Source: an uncultured Candidatus Saccharibacteria bacterium (lineage in GTDB: Bacteria > Patescibacteriota > Saccharimonadia > CAILAD01 > BJGX01). Taken from it: DNA of 64,000 nt. Shown here piece after piece: positions 26,222 through 36,622 of the stretch. The stretch is taken from assembly GCA_964390265.1 (NCBI GenBank), contig CAYMHI010000002.1, positions 4,254-68,253 on the forward strand, read 5' to 3'. Each line of letters opens with the position of its first letter. Position 1 is the first letter of the stretch. A model generated the notes under the pieces. The model was not told the DNA's origin, ran no database searches, and saw only the letters and a program-made list of their open reading frames with translations. Both the position numbers and the translations under genes were made by a program.

Positions 26222-28601
26222 TTTCAGCCTCTAGCTCGGCAATGTCTTTTTTAGCTTGCACAAGCCTTTCTTTCTCCCCTTTTACTACCTCGCTAGGAGC
26301 ATTTTGCACAAACGCCTGGTTGCCAAGTTTACCCTCAATTAGCTTAACGGCATTGGTTTTGAGTATTATCTCTTTTTTGAGCTTAGTTAGCTTAGCTTTA
26401 CTCTCGTGGTTTTGTTTTGCTGCCAGTATATTGATAATCTCGGTTTCAAATACTTTGGCTTTGGTGGGTGACGGACTTAGTAACATATTCGGCCAATATT
26501 CGGTTATTAAGATAGTAGATTGCCATGGCAGCTCTTGCCAAATGGTCTCAGTTACAAACGGTGCAAAAGGGTGGAGAAGTCGCAATATGGTGTCTAGAGT
26601 GTAGGCCAGCATTGACGGGTTGGTAGATTGCTTGGAGTACTCAATGTATTGATCGGCAAACTTGTCCCACAGTAGGGAGTAGACAGCCTGACCGGCCTCG
26701 GAGTAGCGATATTTTTCAATAGCTTTGGTGGCTGTTTCGATAGTTTGATTTAGCTGTGTGGCCATCCAGTGATCGGCCGGGGAGAGTAGTTTTGGTTCAT
26801 CGAGTGATTGAAGGGAATTTGTTTTCGAGAGGGTGTAGCGAGCAACGTTCCAAAGCTTATTGCAAAAATTGCGGTAACCCTTAATCTTGTCGTGGCTAAT
26901 TTTGCCGTCATTACCAGGTGTAATACCAATACTTAGGGCCAGGCGCAAGGCATCGGTGCCAAACTCGGCAGTGATTTTCATTGGGTCGTCATAATTGCCT
27001 TTGCTCTTGGAGAGTTTTTGGCCTTTTTCGTCGGTTACCATGCCCCATAGGTAGACGTTTTCAAACGGCACCTTGCCAGTTTTGTACAGGCTAAACATTA
27101 TCATTCGGGTTACCCACTTGTGCAGAATGTCGCGAGCAGTAGCCATTAAGGTAGTGGGGAAGAATTGATCAAAATCACCGGTGCTTTGGAGGGTAGCAAA
27201 AGGCCATTGTCCAGATGAGAACCAAGTGTCGAAGGTATCGGTTTCGGCCCTGTAATTGCCCTTGCCGTAGTAAGCTTCGGCTTCAGCCTCGCTAGTAGCT
27301 ACTAGATGTGCATCTTTATTGTTGTCGTTGTTGGTTTTGTAATACACCGGAATCCGAATACCCCACCAACCTGGGCGTGAGATGCACCAGTCGTGTTCGT
27401 TTTGTAACCAATTGAGGGCAATTCGTTTGAATCTGGCAGGATAAAAATCAATCTCGTCTGCTTCAATAGCCTCAATAACTGGCTTGTTAAGCTCAGTGAC
27501 ACGCAAAAACCATTGCTCAGAAATAAGCGGCTCAATAACAGTTTTACATCTGTCATGTACCGCTACGGCGTGCTTGAGGGGAGTGGTTGCGATGAGTTTG
27601 CCAGCATTTTTCAAATCTTCTACTACTTTTGTTCTAGCCTCATCTACGCTCAGGCCATTGTATTGACTGGGCGAGTTAATAATCTTACCTTCAAAATCTA
27701 CTACCGATATTTCTGGTAAATTATGGCGCTGACCTATCTCGTAGTCAGCCATGTCGTGACCTGGTGTTACCTTTAGTGCGCCAGTGCCGTCTTTGATACT
27801 CACATGATCGTCGGCAATAATTGGTATTGCTCGGTCTATGAGGGGGATAGTGGCCATTTTACCAATTAAGCTAGCATATCTGGGGTCTTTGGGGTTAACT
27901 GCAACAGCGCTATCGGCAAAAATAGTCTCTGGTCTGGTTGTGGCTATTTGTATGGGTCCGTAATCGAGAGTGTACATAGCGTCTTCGCGATCTATGCGGT
28001 CGGTCTCAATATCGGCAAAAGCAGCTTGGCAACGGGTACACCAGTTGACAATTCTGTTGCCACGATAAATGTGCCCGTCATTGTATAAACTTTTGAATGT
28101 TTGGTGCACTATTTCAATCACGTCTTTATCGAGAGTGAACTTGAGTTTGGCCCAATCGGCCGAGAAACCCATTGAACGCATTTGCTCAATAATAGTGTGT
28201 TGTTGGCCCAGCACAAAGCTTTCTACCTCGTTGTAGAACTTGTCGGGGCCCAGATCGAATCTGGTAAGGCCCTTTTTCTCGAGCTCGCGCTCATAAACTA
28301 CTTGGGTCTCTATACCGGCGTGGTCGGTACCAGGTAGCCAAAGAGCCGGACGACCTTGCATACGAGCGTAGCGAGTAGCAATGTCTTCTACCACATACAT
28401 AAGGTGACCGGCATGAAGGGAGCCGTTGGCATTGGGTGGGGGCATAATAATACAGAACGGGTCTTTATTGGCTGTGCCGTTACCTTGTTGGGCTTTTACG
28501 CCAGAATCTGGTTCAAAGGCGTTGTTGGCTTTCCATAAATCATATATTTGAGCCTCGTGCTTAGCTGGCTGGTATGTTTTGGGCATCTCTTTTGCATTCA
28601 T
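26199..28601 (-). CDS. valS: valine--tRNA ligase
   Basis: 800 aa; HIGH motif PPPNANGSLHAGH; KMSKS motif KLSKSKGN; C-terminal coiled coil typical of ValS. Confidence 0.9.
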   Translation of the reverse strand: MNAKEMPKTYQPAKHEAQIYDLWKANNAFEPDSGVKAQQGNGTANKDPFCIIMPPPNANGSLHAGHLMYVVEDIATRYARMQGRPALWLPGTDHAGIETQVVYERELEKKGLTRFDLGPDKFYNEVESFVLGQQHTIIEQMRSMGFSADWAKLKFTLDKDVIEIVHQTFKSLYNDGHIYRGNRIVNWCTRCQAAFADIETDRIDREDAMYTLDYGPIQIATTRPETIFADSAVAVNPKDPRYASLIGKMATIPLIDRAIPIIADDHVSIKDGTGALKVTPGHDMADYEIGQRHNLPEISVVDFEGKIINSPSQYNGLSVDEARTKVVEDLKNAGKLIATTPLKHAVAVHDRCKTVIEPLISEQWFLRVTELNKPVIEAIEADEIDFYPARFKRIALNWLQNEHDWCISRPGWWGIRIPVYYKTNNDNNKDAHLVATSEAEAEAYYGKGNYRAETDTFDTWFSSGQWPFATLQSTGDFDQFFPTTLMATARDILHKWVTRMIMFSLYKTGKVPFENVYLWGMVTDEKGQKLSKSKGNYDDPMKITAEFGTDALRLALSIGITPGNDGKISHDKIKGYRNFCNKLWNVARYTLSKTNSLQSLDEPKLLSPADHWMATQLNQTIETATKAIEKYRYSEAGQAVYSLLWDKFADQYIEYSKQSTNPSMLAYTLDTILRLLHPFAPFVTETIWQELPWQSTILITEYWPNMLLSPSPTKAKVFETEIINILAAKQNHESKAKLTKLKKEIILKTNAVKLIEGKLGNQAFVQNAPSEVVKGEKERLVQAKKDIAELEAEIEKTGKQ

Positions 28602-28798
28602 ACCAGCAATTGTAGCATTTTATCTGGATTTTAAGAATAATGTAGTTTTAAATAATAAGTAAGTAGATATTGTTTCTACCAGATTCAATATTTTGTATTC
28701 TAGCCTCTAAAAAGTTTGACACAAACGCTTATGTTCAGCTAATATATAGATAACTTTGTAATTATTTTGAATTAATTGGGGGAGATTAAGTAGGAGCG

Positions 28799-29800
28799 GT
28801 GATGAAAGATGTTTATAGTCCATTAGAAATAGATGAGCAGTGGGATCAACGGGCACCAATGATAGAGGGGGATACAGCTACTCAGGCTGTGACTTCTGCC
28901 CCTGACGCAGCCGTTGGAGTTGCCGAGTCTGCCCCTGAGGGCGCGGTTGCGACTATGGGCGAGAGACCAGCCGGAGAACCCGACCCAACTCTGAGTGTAG
29001 ATACTACTTATGGCGCAACGCCTGCCGAGGTAAGCCCGCAAGCTGCAGACCAACCAGAAAATGCTTATGGCACACCGCAGACTGCTCAGATGGTGCCAAC
29101 CCCTGCACCAGAAGGCCAGATGGAGCCCGTAGCAGTTGACGACGGTCAGGCTTTGGCGCAACTAGGCGATAGTGCAGCTGTGGAAGACTCTGGTAATTCT
29201 CAAGTACCAGTTGGTATGCCTCACATTACACCCGAGCCACCAGCCGGAATTCAGATGGGCGCACAACCTGAGCTAGCCGAGGGTGCTGCTGACACTACCG
29301 GTGATCAGCCCGCCGAAGCAGTAGGCAAGCAGATTGTTGAGCCAGTAGAAAAGTTTGAACCTACCAAGCCGCGCAACCAAGGTGGAGACGATGAGCCGAC
29401 AGAACCACCCATTGACCCTGAAGAGTTAGACCGCAATATTAAAGATGCCGAATCGGCTTTGCCAAAGCCGGGCGATGAGCTTGAGACTTCTCCAGTAAAA
29501 ACCGATAAAGATAAAGAGCCCCACCACGCCCAGGGCAAAGAGGCCAAACCAGACCAAAAAAGAGCTCGGGCAATTGAATTGCACGACAAATTATTGCGTG
29601 AGCTTAAGAAAGATATTAATCAAATTGATTCTGAGCTAGCCAAAGAAAGAGCCAATATGGAAGCCGTTGAGCGAAAAATTAGCGATCTTGAGGCCAAGCG
29701 TGCATTTAAAGAAGATGAAGTTGAAGCATTTGAGCGAGCCAAAGCAGCTCTGGCTGATATGCCTGATTACAGCTCTGAGGAATTTGAAGACACATTGTAG
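28799..29800 (+). CDS. acidic Pro/Ala/Glu-rich protein with C-terminal coiled coil
   Basis: 333 aa, low complexity; C-terminal heptad-like region (...ELAKERANMEAVERKISDLEAKRAFKEDEVEAFERAKAA). Confidence 0.45.
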   Translation: MMKDVYSPLEIDEQWDQRAPMIEGDTATQAVTSAPDAAVGVAESAPEGAVATMGERPAGEPDPTLSVDTTYGATPAEVSPQAADQPENAYGTPQTAQMVPTPAPEGQMEPVAVDDGQALAQLGDSAAVEDSGNSQVPVGMPHITPEPPAGIQMGAQPELAEGAADTTGDQPAEAVGKQIVEPVEKFEPTKPRNQGGDDEPTEPPIDPEELDRNIKDAESALPKPGDELETSPVKTDKDKEPHHAQGKEAKPDQKRARAIELHDKLLRELKKDINQIDSELAKERANMEAVERKISDLEAKRAFKEDEVEAFERAKAALADMPDYSSEEFEDTL

Positions 29801-29940
29801 CCAGCTGTAAGGGTTGAGCCTTATTTACTCATAAATTGAATACTAGTTTTTTGCTAATCATCGGGTCTATAATAAAAACGTTAAATTGTAAAACTAAATA
29901 CATTAGATATTTATACATAATATAATAAGGATAAATAGAT

Positions 29941-30300
29941 ATGGCTGATCCAGGAGCGCCAGATATAAGAGAAATTGACGATAGTAATCACCATGACGAT
30001 GGTCGTGCTCAAGAAGTTATAAGGACAGCTACGGGAGACCCAACCGCCGCAGAAGACAACTCTACATATCCCGAAACCCAAGCTCTAATTAATAATATTG
30101 ATAGAGATTTGAGAGCCCATCACGGTGAAATCCTTACCAAAGACCAGGTAGCAAGAATGCTAAATATTGGTCTTCAAGATGTAATACAACTTGCAACAAA
30201 TTTAGGTATTGATGCCGAGGGTGACTTGTCTAGCCAAGCCGCAGCTTCTATTATTGCAACATACGGTATTCAAAAAAACTTATCTCAAAAAGATAGTTAA
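29941..30300 (+). CDS. hypothetical protein
   Basis: 119-aa ORF with no recognisable motif. Confidence 0.35.
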   Translation: MADPGAPDIREIDDSNHHDDGRAQEVIRTATGDPTAAEDNSTYPETQALINNIDRDLRAHHGEILTKDQVARMLNIGLQDVIQLATNLGIDAEGDLSSQAAASIIATYGIQKNLSQKDS

Positions 30301-30314
30301 ATTATTAGCCCATA

Positions 30315-31340
30315 TTAGTCTTCTAAGCTAGAGTCGGCACTCAGTGCACTAGGCTCTATAAACATATCGTTTTGAGCCATTTGTAGCGCGATAGAACCTA
30401 TCATGGCAGCGTTGTCGGTACAAAGTACTGGTGGTACAAAAATTGCCTCAGGCAATACCTTGTGCATCTCAGTGCGTAGTAAGTTATTGCAGGCCACGCC
30501 TCCACCCACCACAATGCTTGCGGGTTGCAATCGTGCATTGGCCTTGAGGGTGTTTTTTACCAAAGCCGTCACCACTGCTTTTTGAAAACTGGCTGCAATA
30601 TCGGCCACAACTTGGTTAGGTAATTCATAAGTCTTCTTGGCTTGTATATTTGCAGGATTGTGACCGGTGATTTGCTGTACTTGTCTTAAAACAGCAGTTT
30701 TAAGACCCGAAAAACTAAAGTCTAAGCTATCTTTACCCAATTGAGCAATAGGAAACTTAAATTTGTCTGGGTCGCCATGTTCGGCAGCTTTTGAAATAGC
30801 TGGACCGCCTGGATAAGGGAGGCCAATTAGTTTAGCTACCTTGTCAAAGGCTTCTCCAGCTGCATCATCTAGTGTTTCGCCTAATATTTCGCGAGTTAAA
30901 TCTGCTTTGTAAAGCGAAAGAGTAGTGTGACCACCCGATACTGTCAGTGCCAAAAAGGGGAACAGTGGCTTGTTGTCGGTGAGGTAAGCGGCAAAGCCGT
31001 GTGCCCAAATGTGATTAACGCCAATTAAGGGTTTGTTTTTAGTAATAGCCAAGGTCTTGGCGGTGAGCACGCCAATCAGTAGCGAACCAATAAGGCCCGG
31101 CCCCTTAGTGACGGCAATGGCATCGATACTATCCCAACTAGATTTTGCTTGCGTCAAAGCCTGCTCTATTACTGGAATCATCACTTCTATATGGCTTCGG
31201 GCGGCAACTTCTGGTACTACACCGCCATACTGAGCATGAATATCTATCTGGCTAGAGATAATGTTGCTCAAAATATTGCCGTCTTCTACAACGGCAGCAG
31301 CAGTTTCGTCACAACTAGTTTCTATGGCCAGTATCTTCAT
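30315..31340 (-). CDS. tsaD: tRNA N6-adenosine threonylcarbamoyltransferase TsaD (Kae1/Gcp family)
   Basis: 341 aa; N-terminus MKILAIETSCDETAAAVV; the VGGGVACN motif. Confidence 0.9.
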   Translation of the reverse strand: MKILAIETSCDETAAAVVEDGNILSNIISSQIDIHAQYGGVVPEVAARSHIEVMIPVIEQALTQAKSSWDSIDAIAVTKGPGLIGSLLIGVLTAKTLAITKNKPLIGVNHIWAHGFAAYLTDNKPLFPFLALTVSGGHTTLSLYKADLTREILGETLDDAAGEAFDKVAKLIGLPYPGGPAISKAAEHGDPDKFKFPIAQLGKDSLDFSFSGLKTAVLRQVQQITGHNPANIQAKKTYELPNQVVADIAASFQKAVVTALVKNTLKANARLQPASIVVGGGVACNNLLRTEMHKVLPEAIFVPPVLCTDNAAMIGSIALQMAQNDMFIEPSALSADSSLED

Positions 31341-31404
31341 AATTTATATCAAGTATATTACCATATATAATTAAAATCCCCTTTAGAATAAAAGGGGATA
31401 ATAG

Positions 31405-31710
31405 TTATCGAGCTTCATCGGGTAAGCGACGGCCACTGGAATCGACACAATGGACAGAACTTGGGTCAAGGGTCTCGTAATGATTAGTGCTATACGAGCT
31501 TCCTTCGCAATGATTGCCATCATCGGTAGTATAGGCAAAATGATAATCCGACCTTATACCATCGGGTGCTCGATCGGTGTTGGTAATGGTAATGTTGTAT
31601 TTCGCTTCGAGCTGGGTACGTACACGTTCTTGTTCGCTGGCGCTTGCACCGCACCCCAAGAGTGTTAGTGCTGTCAAAGCAGTAATAATCAAAAACACTG
31701 CTCGTTTCAT
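31405..31710 (-). CDS. small lipoprotein
   Basis: 101 aa with a lipobox (LTLLGC) signal peptide. Confidence 0.5.
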   Translation of the reverse strand: MKRAVFLIITALTALTLLGCGASASEQERVRTQLEAKYNITITNTDRAPDGIRSDYHFAYTTDDGNHCEGSSYSTNHYETLDPSSVHCVDSSGRRLPDEAR

Positions 31711-31808
31711 CTTGTCTCATTTCTCTTGTAGGAACAATTGTTGCTGTATTATACGTTTTAATAATGCTGTTGTCAATGTGTGTAAACTAGTATATAGTTG
31801 AATATCTA

Positions 31809-32642
31809 ATGAAAATAGCCATACAGGGCCTTGAGGGCTCATACCACGATATTGCTCGCAAAGAATATTTTACTAACAATCAAGAAGTAGTGCATTGCGA
31901 TACTTTCAAAGAAGTCTTTGAAACAATAAAAAACGAATCTGCAGACTATGGCTTAGTAGCCATAGAGAATTCTTTGTATGGATCTATAAATGATGTCTAC
32001 GATTTACTGCTCAAGTATGAATTTTGGATAAGCGGTGAAATTTATTTAAGAATTAATCATTGCTTACTGGGCACAAAAGACGCCAAACTATCAGATATTA
32101 AACAAATTCATTCCCAGCTACCAGCTTTAGCTCAGTGCGAAGACTATTTAGATGCGTATTTGCCTCACGCCGAGCGAGTAGAAGAACACGATACCGCAGC
32201 AAGCGCAAAATTGGTGGCAAAACTTAATGATGCCACCAAAGCCGCAATAGCTAGCAAAGCTTCTGTAGAAATTTACAACCTAAAGGCTCTGGCTGAAAAT
32301 ATCGAGTCTAATAAACAAAACTATACTCGCTTTATTATCTTTAGTAAGAAAAAAGTAGAGTCACAAAGGGCTAATAAATCTTCACTTATTGTCCGTACAT
32401 CTCAAGATATTAAAGCTGGTTCTTTGTATAACGCTCTTGGTGTATTTGCCAACAGGGGCATTAATCTTACCAAAATAGAGAGCCGACCGGTCGTTGGCCG
32501 AGCCTGGCATTATATGTTTTATTTAGATTTTGAGATGAGTTGTGATAGCGAAGAGGGTAGATCAGCCTTGGCCGAACTTGATTCTCTAGGGGCCAAAGCG
32601 GTAGTACTAGGAAGCTATACCAAGGGTAAAATAATAGAATAA
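31809..32642 (+). CDS. pheA: prephenate dehydratase with ACT domain
   Basis: 277 aa; PDT domain with TRF and ESRP motifs; C-terminal ACT domain. Confidence 0.85.
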   Translation: MKIAIQGLEGSYHDIARKEYFTNNQEVVHCDTFKEVFETIKNESADYGLVAIENSLYGSINDVYDLLLKYEFWISGEIYLRINHCLLGTKDAKLSDIKQIHSQLPALAQCEDYLDAYLPHAERVEEHDTAASAKLVAKLNDATKAAIASKASVEIYNLKALAENIESNKQNYTRFIIFSKKKVESQRANKSSLIVRTSQDIKAGSLYNALGVFANRGINLTKIESRPVVGRAWHYMFYLDFEMSCDSEEGRSALAELDSLGAKAVVLGSYTKGKIIE

Positions 32643-32682
32643 TAAAGAAATCCCCCAGATACAAATGTACCTGGGGGCAGTG

Positions 32683-32755
32683 TGGGCCTGGAGGGGATCG
32701 AACCCTCAACCGAGCGATTATGAGTCGCCTGCTCTAACCATTGAGCTACAGGCCC
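32683..32755 (-). tRNA. tRNA-Met/Ile2 (anticodon CAT), elongator type
   Basis: GGGCCTGTAGCTCAATGGTTAGAGCAGGCGACTCATAATCGC...GGGTTCGATCCCCTCCAGGCCCA; G1-C72 pair; CCA not encoded. Confidence 0.8.
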
Positions 32756-32759
32756 TACG

Positions 32760-32834
32760 TGTCCGAAGAGAGATTTGAACTCTCGACCCCTTCCTTGTAA
32801 GGGAAGTGCTCTGACCCAACTGAGCTATTCGGAC
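32760..32834 (-). tRNA. tRNA-Val (anticodon TAC)
   Basis: GTCCGAATAGCTCAGTTGGGTCAGAGCACTTCCCTTACAAGGAAG...GAGTTCAAATCTCTCTTCGGACA. Confidence 0.8.
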
Positions 32835-32839
32835 GGGAG

Positions 32840-32923
32840 TGCCGATGGCGGGACTCGAACCCGCAATCCTCGAGAGGAACCAGGACCTAAACCTGGCGCG
32901 TCTGCCAATTTCGCCACACCGGC
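32840..32923 (-). tRNA. tRNA-Leu (anticodon TAG)
   Basis: GCCGGTGTGGCGAAATTGGCAGACGCGCCAGGTTTAGGTCCTGG with a long variable arm, then GGGTTCGAGTCCCGCCATCGGCA. Confidence 0.8.
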
Positions 32924-32928
32924 TAAAG

Positions 32929-33012
32929 TGCCCGAGGCGGGGCTCGAACCCGCACGGCCCGAAGGCCAGGGGGGTTTAAGCCCCCCGCGTTTGCCAATTA
33001 CGCCACCCGGGC
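32929..33012 (-). tRNA. tRNA-Leu (anticodon TAA)
   Basis: GCCCGGGTGGCGTAATTGGCAAACGCGGGGGGCTTAAACCCCCC with a long variable arm, then GGGTTCGAGCCCCGCCTCGGGCA. Confidence 0.8.
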
Positions 33013-33130
33013 TGGGGTTACTTGACGATTACCTCGCTAGCGGGAAAAGCCTCATGTCTGCCGTAGGTGCTAAGTCGATAGCTATAATAGCAAAATAAAG
33101 TACTTTTGTCAATATTTTATACTTACTGCC

Positions 33131-34105
33131 TTGGCCTGCTACAATAGGAGTATGAATTTGCCAGAAAATTGGAATAAGACAATACAATCGCGGGGTGGGC
33201 ACGTGCTGCAATCGGCTGAGTGGGCCAACTTTCAAGGCCTAATTGGCAGAGTGCCGTATTATGCTATTGACCAAGATTGGTACTGGATAGCTTACAATCA
33301 GCAAAAAACCGGCTTGCACTACTTGCTTGCTACCTACAACCCGGTGATTGAGCGTGAAGTCGCCAATGCTCTTGAATCGTTGAGGGTAAAAGCAGAGGAT
33401 TTAAATTGTGATTTTGTACGCGTAGAGCCAACCGGTAATGTTACTCCAGAAGACCTAGAGAAATTTGGGGCTACCAAGATCGCCGATGCCGAACCATCTA
33501 CAACCTTAATACTAGATCTTACCAAGTCGTTAGACGAACTAAGAACGGGGTTGGGCAAAACTCATCGCAATAAAATAAATACCACGGCCAAACGCGGCAT
33601 AGAAGTAGAGAAGACCACCAGTCTCAATACGACCAAGTCATTTTTACGGTTAATGCACGACACCGACCGTCGCGCCAAGATCAAAAACCACCCCGACTGG
33701 TACTTTGAAAAAATGGCCCATTCACTTATAGAGCAAGGCGCAGCCAGCTATTACGTTGCTACTGTAGAAGATACACCGGCCAGCATATCGCTAATATACG
33801 ACTGGGGCGACACTCGCTACTATGCCTATACAGGCAACGATCAAGTACTAAATAGGCAATACAACGCCGGGATAAGCAATCTATGGCAAATGATTGTAGA
33901 TGCCAAGGCTGATGGTAGAAAATATTTTGATTTTTGGGGAATAGCACCCGAAGGTGCAGTCAATCATCCATGGGCAGGACTGACTGAATACAAGAAGTCG
34001 TTTGGTGGCGAAATAGTAAGCAATATTGGCACTTACGATATAGTAATAAACAAATCAAAATATGCTATGTATAATGCCTATCGCAAACTGAAGGGTCGCA
34101 AATGA
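33131..34105 (+). CDS. FemAB-family peptidyltransferase (peptidoglycan interpeptide bridge formation)
   Basis: 324 aa with FemAB/FemX-like GNAT fold features (…YYAYTGNDQ…); tandem with a paralog. Confidence 0.7.
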   Translation: MACYNRSMNLPENWNKTIQSRGGHVLQSAEWANFQGLIGRVPYYAIDQDWYWIAYNQQKTGLHYLLATYNPVIEREVANALESLRVKAEDLNCDFVRVEPTGNVTPEDLEKFGATKIADAEPSTTLILDLTKSLDELRTGLGKTHRNKINTTAKRGIEVEKTTSLNTTKSFLRLMHDTDRRAKIKNHPDWYFEKMAHSLIEQGAASYYVATVEDTPASISLIYDWGDTRYYAYTGNDQVLNRQYNAGISNLWQMIVDAKADGRKYFDFWGIAPEGAVNHPWAGLTEYKKSFGGEIVSNIGTYDIVINKSKYAMYNAYRKLKGRK

Positions 34106-35172
34106 TACGCCAAGCCACCTCAGACGAAATTGCTACCTGGGATAAGCTTGTAGAGCAAAACCCCGACGGTGGGCATATACTGCAATCATACGAATGGAGT
34201 AAATTCAAAAAATCGTCTGGTTGGGAGCCCAACTTTTTGGTATATGAACAGCCGGGTTTTTTACTATATTTTTGTTTGGCGGTAAAACCAGCTAGCTTTT
34301 TGGGTAATATATATTACTGCGCCAAAGGCCCCGGATTTTTTAAAAACTTCAAAGCCAGCGATGAGTCGAGAGCGCACCTCAAAGACTTTATTGGTGAGAT
34401 AAAAACATATGTAGAACGCCTAGACAGCAAGGCAATATTGGTAAAAATTGAACCTGAGATATTAGAGAGCGAAATTGACCTTAATAATCTTGGTTTGCAA
34501 AAAAGCCGTGCCGACTTGCAGCAAAAAGCTACAATATTTGTTGATATTGAGCCACCTGAGGATGAGATACTTGCTGCTTTTAAGCAAAAAACTCGCTACA
34601 ATATTCGATTAAGTGAGCGCAAGGGAGTAGTAATAGAGCAGCGCGATATGAGCGATGCCAACGTAGATATTATGTACGATCTAATAGTTGCCACTCAAGC
34701 TCGCGCAGGGTTTTCGCTACGTAAAAAAGATTACTTTGCCGGGTACTGGCAGGGTTTGGCCAGAGTTGGTATGGGGCAGCTTTTTGTGGCCACTCACGAA
34801 GGCGAGGTATTGGCTGGGGTGTACGCCACGCTGTTTGCAAACAAGGCTTACTACAAAGACGGCGGGTCTTTTCCAATTAAGCGCAACTTAATGGCTCCAT
34901 ACTTAATTCAGTGGGAGGTAATGCGTTGGGCCAAAGCTAAGGGTGCAACCAGCTACGACCTTATTGGTTCGCCGCCCAAAGATCAGCTCGATAATCCCAA
35001 CCACCCTCAAGCCGGACTCTACCAGTTTAAACGCGGCTTTAACGAAGAGGTAACTGAGTTTACTGGTTGCTGGGATCTGCCCATTTACCCCAAAAAGTTC
35101 AGTATTTTCAAAAGCCAAGAACGGCAGTTTCTCAAGCTCTACAATAAGATGACCAAGAAGATATTTTGGTAG
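34102..35172 (+). CDS. FemAB-family peptidyltransferase, second paralog
   Basis: 356 aa; FemAB-like (…YYKDGGS…LYQFKRGF); 4-nt overlap with the upstream paralog. Confidence 0.7.
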   Translation: MIRQATSDEIATWDKLVEQNPDGGHILQSYEWSKFKKSSGWEPNFLVYEQPGFLLYFCLAVKPASFLGNIYYCAKGPGFFKNFKASDESRAHLKDFIGEIKTYVERLDSKAILVKIEPEILESEIDLNNLGLQKSRADLQQKATIFVDIEPPEDEILAAFKQKTRYNIRLSERKGVVIEQRDMSDANVDIMYDLIVATQARAGFSLRKKDYFAGYWQGLARVGMGQLFVATHEGEVLAGVYATLFANKAYYKDGGSFPIKRNLMAPYLIQWEVMRWAKAKGATSYDLIGSPPKDQLDNPNHPQAGLYQFKRGFNEEVTEFTGCWDLPIYPKKFSIFKSQERQFLKLYNKMTKKIFW

Positions 35173-35176
35173 TTAT

Positions 35177-36550
35177 TTATTGATGATTACGGTAAGGGTA
35201 TTGATTATAGCGGTTATTCTTACCTTGAATCCCAGCCAGCATATCATCTAGTTCTTTAAACACATTTTCGGCATGTTTGGGGCCATGATTTTTACGCATT
35301 GCATACTGATCACGGGCGATTTGCTTGGTAACATTATGGTAAAACACATATCGCCACAAGTCTTCTTCGTCGCTTGCAAATAAGTATGTAGCATCGTCTT
35401 CGGCGTGGGTTATCTCGCCACTAAGCCCGTTTTTTACTTGCAATTCCTCGGGTCGCTCTAGTATTGCTGTCTCAACTATTCTATCTGAGCCAGGACGTCT
35501 GAGCCTAATAATTAGCGCAAGATAAGGTATAGGGCTGGGCCCATCATCTAGGGTGGTACGATATATCTCGGTACTGACTACATTGCTGTTTTCTGCACAG
35601 GCATCTATTATTTCTTGCAAAAATCGTAATCTGTCAGGGGCTATATTGTATTCTATGCTACTAACTCTCTCGCCACGGCTTTGTTGTCGAGCAGCAAGCG
35701 ACTCTATTGGCGGGATATCTTTTCCGCCGTACGGCAAGCTGTCTATCCAGTCAAAAAAAGCTCGTCTCTGCTGTTCTCCTGATAGTTTTAATATTTCATT
35801 AATATCTAAAGGTGGTGGTTCTGGCTCGTTTTCTGCACCTCGTGCATTGGCGTTGACTTCTTCGGTCTGTACGCCAAGCAGTTTCTCAAGCTGCAGCTTG
35901 GCAAATCGAGCAACCTTTTCTCGCTCTGGGCTGAGCATCTCTTTTGATTTCGGCAAATGCATTAAGTCTTTGAGGCCATTAATACATAGTCTAAAAACGT
36001 GATCGTCGGCTTGCTCATACGAGTGGTGAGCAATATTGCTCAATCGCTCAACACTATATGGACCACTATTTTCTCTTGCTCTACTTTCAATTTGTGAGTC
36101 ACTACCATAACCTAGTTTGTAATTCGGCCTACTGGTGTAATCACTCAGATTATGCTCGAGAGACTGTGCTACCACACCCAATATATATACTCGCTCTAGC
36201 TGGTTAAAGCCCAGGTGGGGCAGCGAGTGAATAAACTTGGGGTCGTGAACAACCCGGCCAAAGTCAATATTGTGCTCATCTAACACTGCTTTTACATGAC
36301 TAGCAATTTGAGCCGTCTCAGTTTCATTTACACCAACTTCTTCGGGCCTAAGAGCGTACTCGGTTTTAACGCTCTCGTAAATAGGCACACCACCCAAATG
36401 CTGGGGCAGATTACTTTCTTCTATTCTGCGCTTTCGTTCCAAGTCGCCAAAAACCCTACCTAGCCCCGGCATATCGCCTAGTCTCATAGTGTCGTCGTGC
36501 TCGCCTTCTCCAAATAGAGGTTGGTAGCTATCTCTATCTCTAAAATCCAT
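35177..36550 (-). CDS. hypothetical protein
   Basis: 457-aa ORF of intermediate GC with no recognisable motif. Confidence 0.45.
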   Translation of the reverse strand: MDFRDRDSYQPLFGEGEHDDTMRLGDMPGLGRVFGDLERKRRIEESNLPQHLGGVPIYESVKTEYALRPEEVGVNETETAQIASHVKAVLDEHNIDFGRVVHDPKFIHSLPHLGFNQLERVYILGVVAQSLEHNLSDYTSRPNYKLGYGSDSQIESRARENSGPYSVERLSNIAHHSYEQADDHVFRLCINGLKDLMHLPKSKEMLSPEREKVARFAKLQLEKLLGVQTEEVNANARGAENEPEPPPLDINEILKLSGEQQRRAFFDWIDSLPYGGKDIPPIESLAARQQSRGERVSSIEYNIAPDRLRFLQEIIDACAENSNVVSTEIYRTTLDDGPSPIPYLALIIRLRRPGSDRIVETAILERPEELQVKNGLSGEITHAEDDATYLFASDEEDLWRYVFYHNVTKQIARDQYAMRKNHGPKHAENVFKELDDMLAGIQGKNNRYNQYPYRNHQ

Positions 36551-36583
36551 ATTAGTATTTTAGCATAAGAGTAATTGTTAATG

Positions 36584-36619
36584 ATAAACAAAAACCCCAA
36601 ATTTGTTTAAAACTTGGGG
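36584..36619 (-). terminator. intrinsic terminator ending the minus-strand GC-rich operon
   Basis: On the minus strand: hairpin CCCCAAGUUUUAAACAAAUUUGGGG followed by UUUUUGUUU. Confidence 0.5.
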
Positions 36620-36622
36620 ATG

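Noticed and set aside
32775-33098. 107-aa plus-strand ORF
   Set aside because: Runs antisense across three of the four minus-strand tRNA genes (Val, Leu-TAG, Leu-TAA); Pro/Gly/Arg-rich translation typical of tRNA antisense. Spurious.
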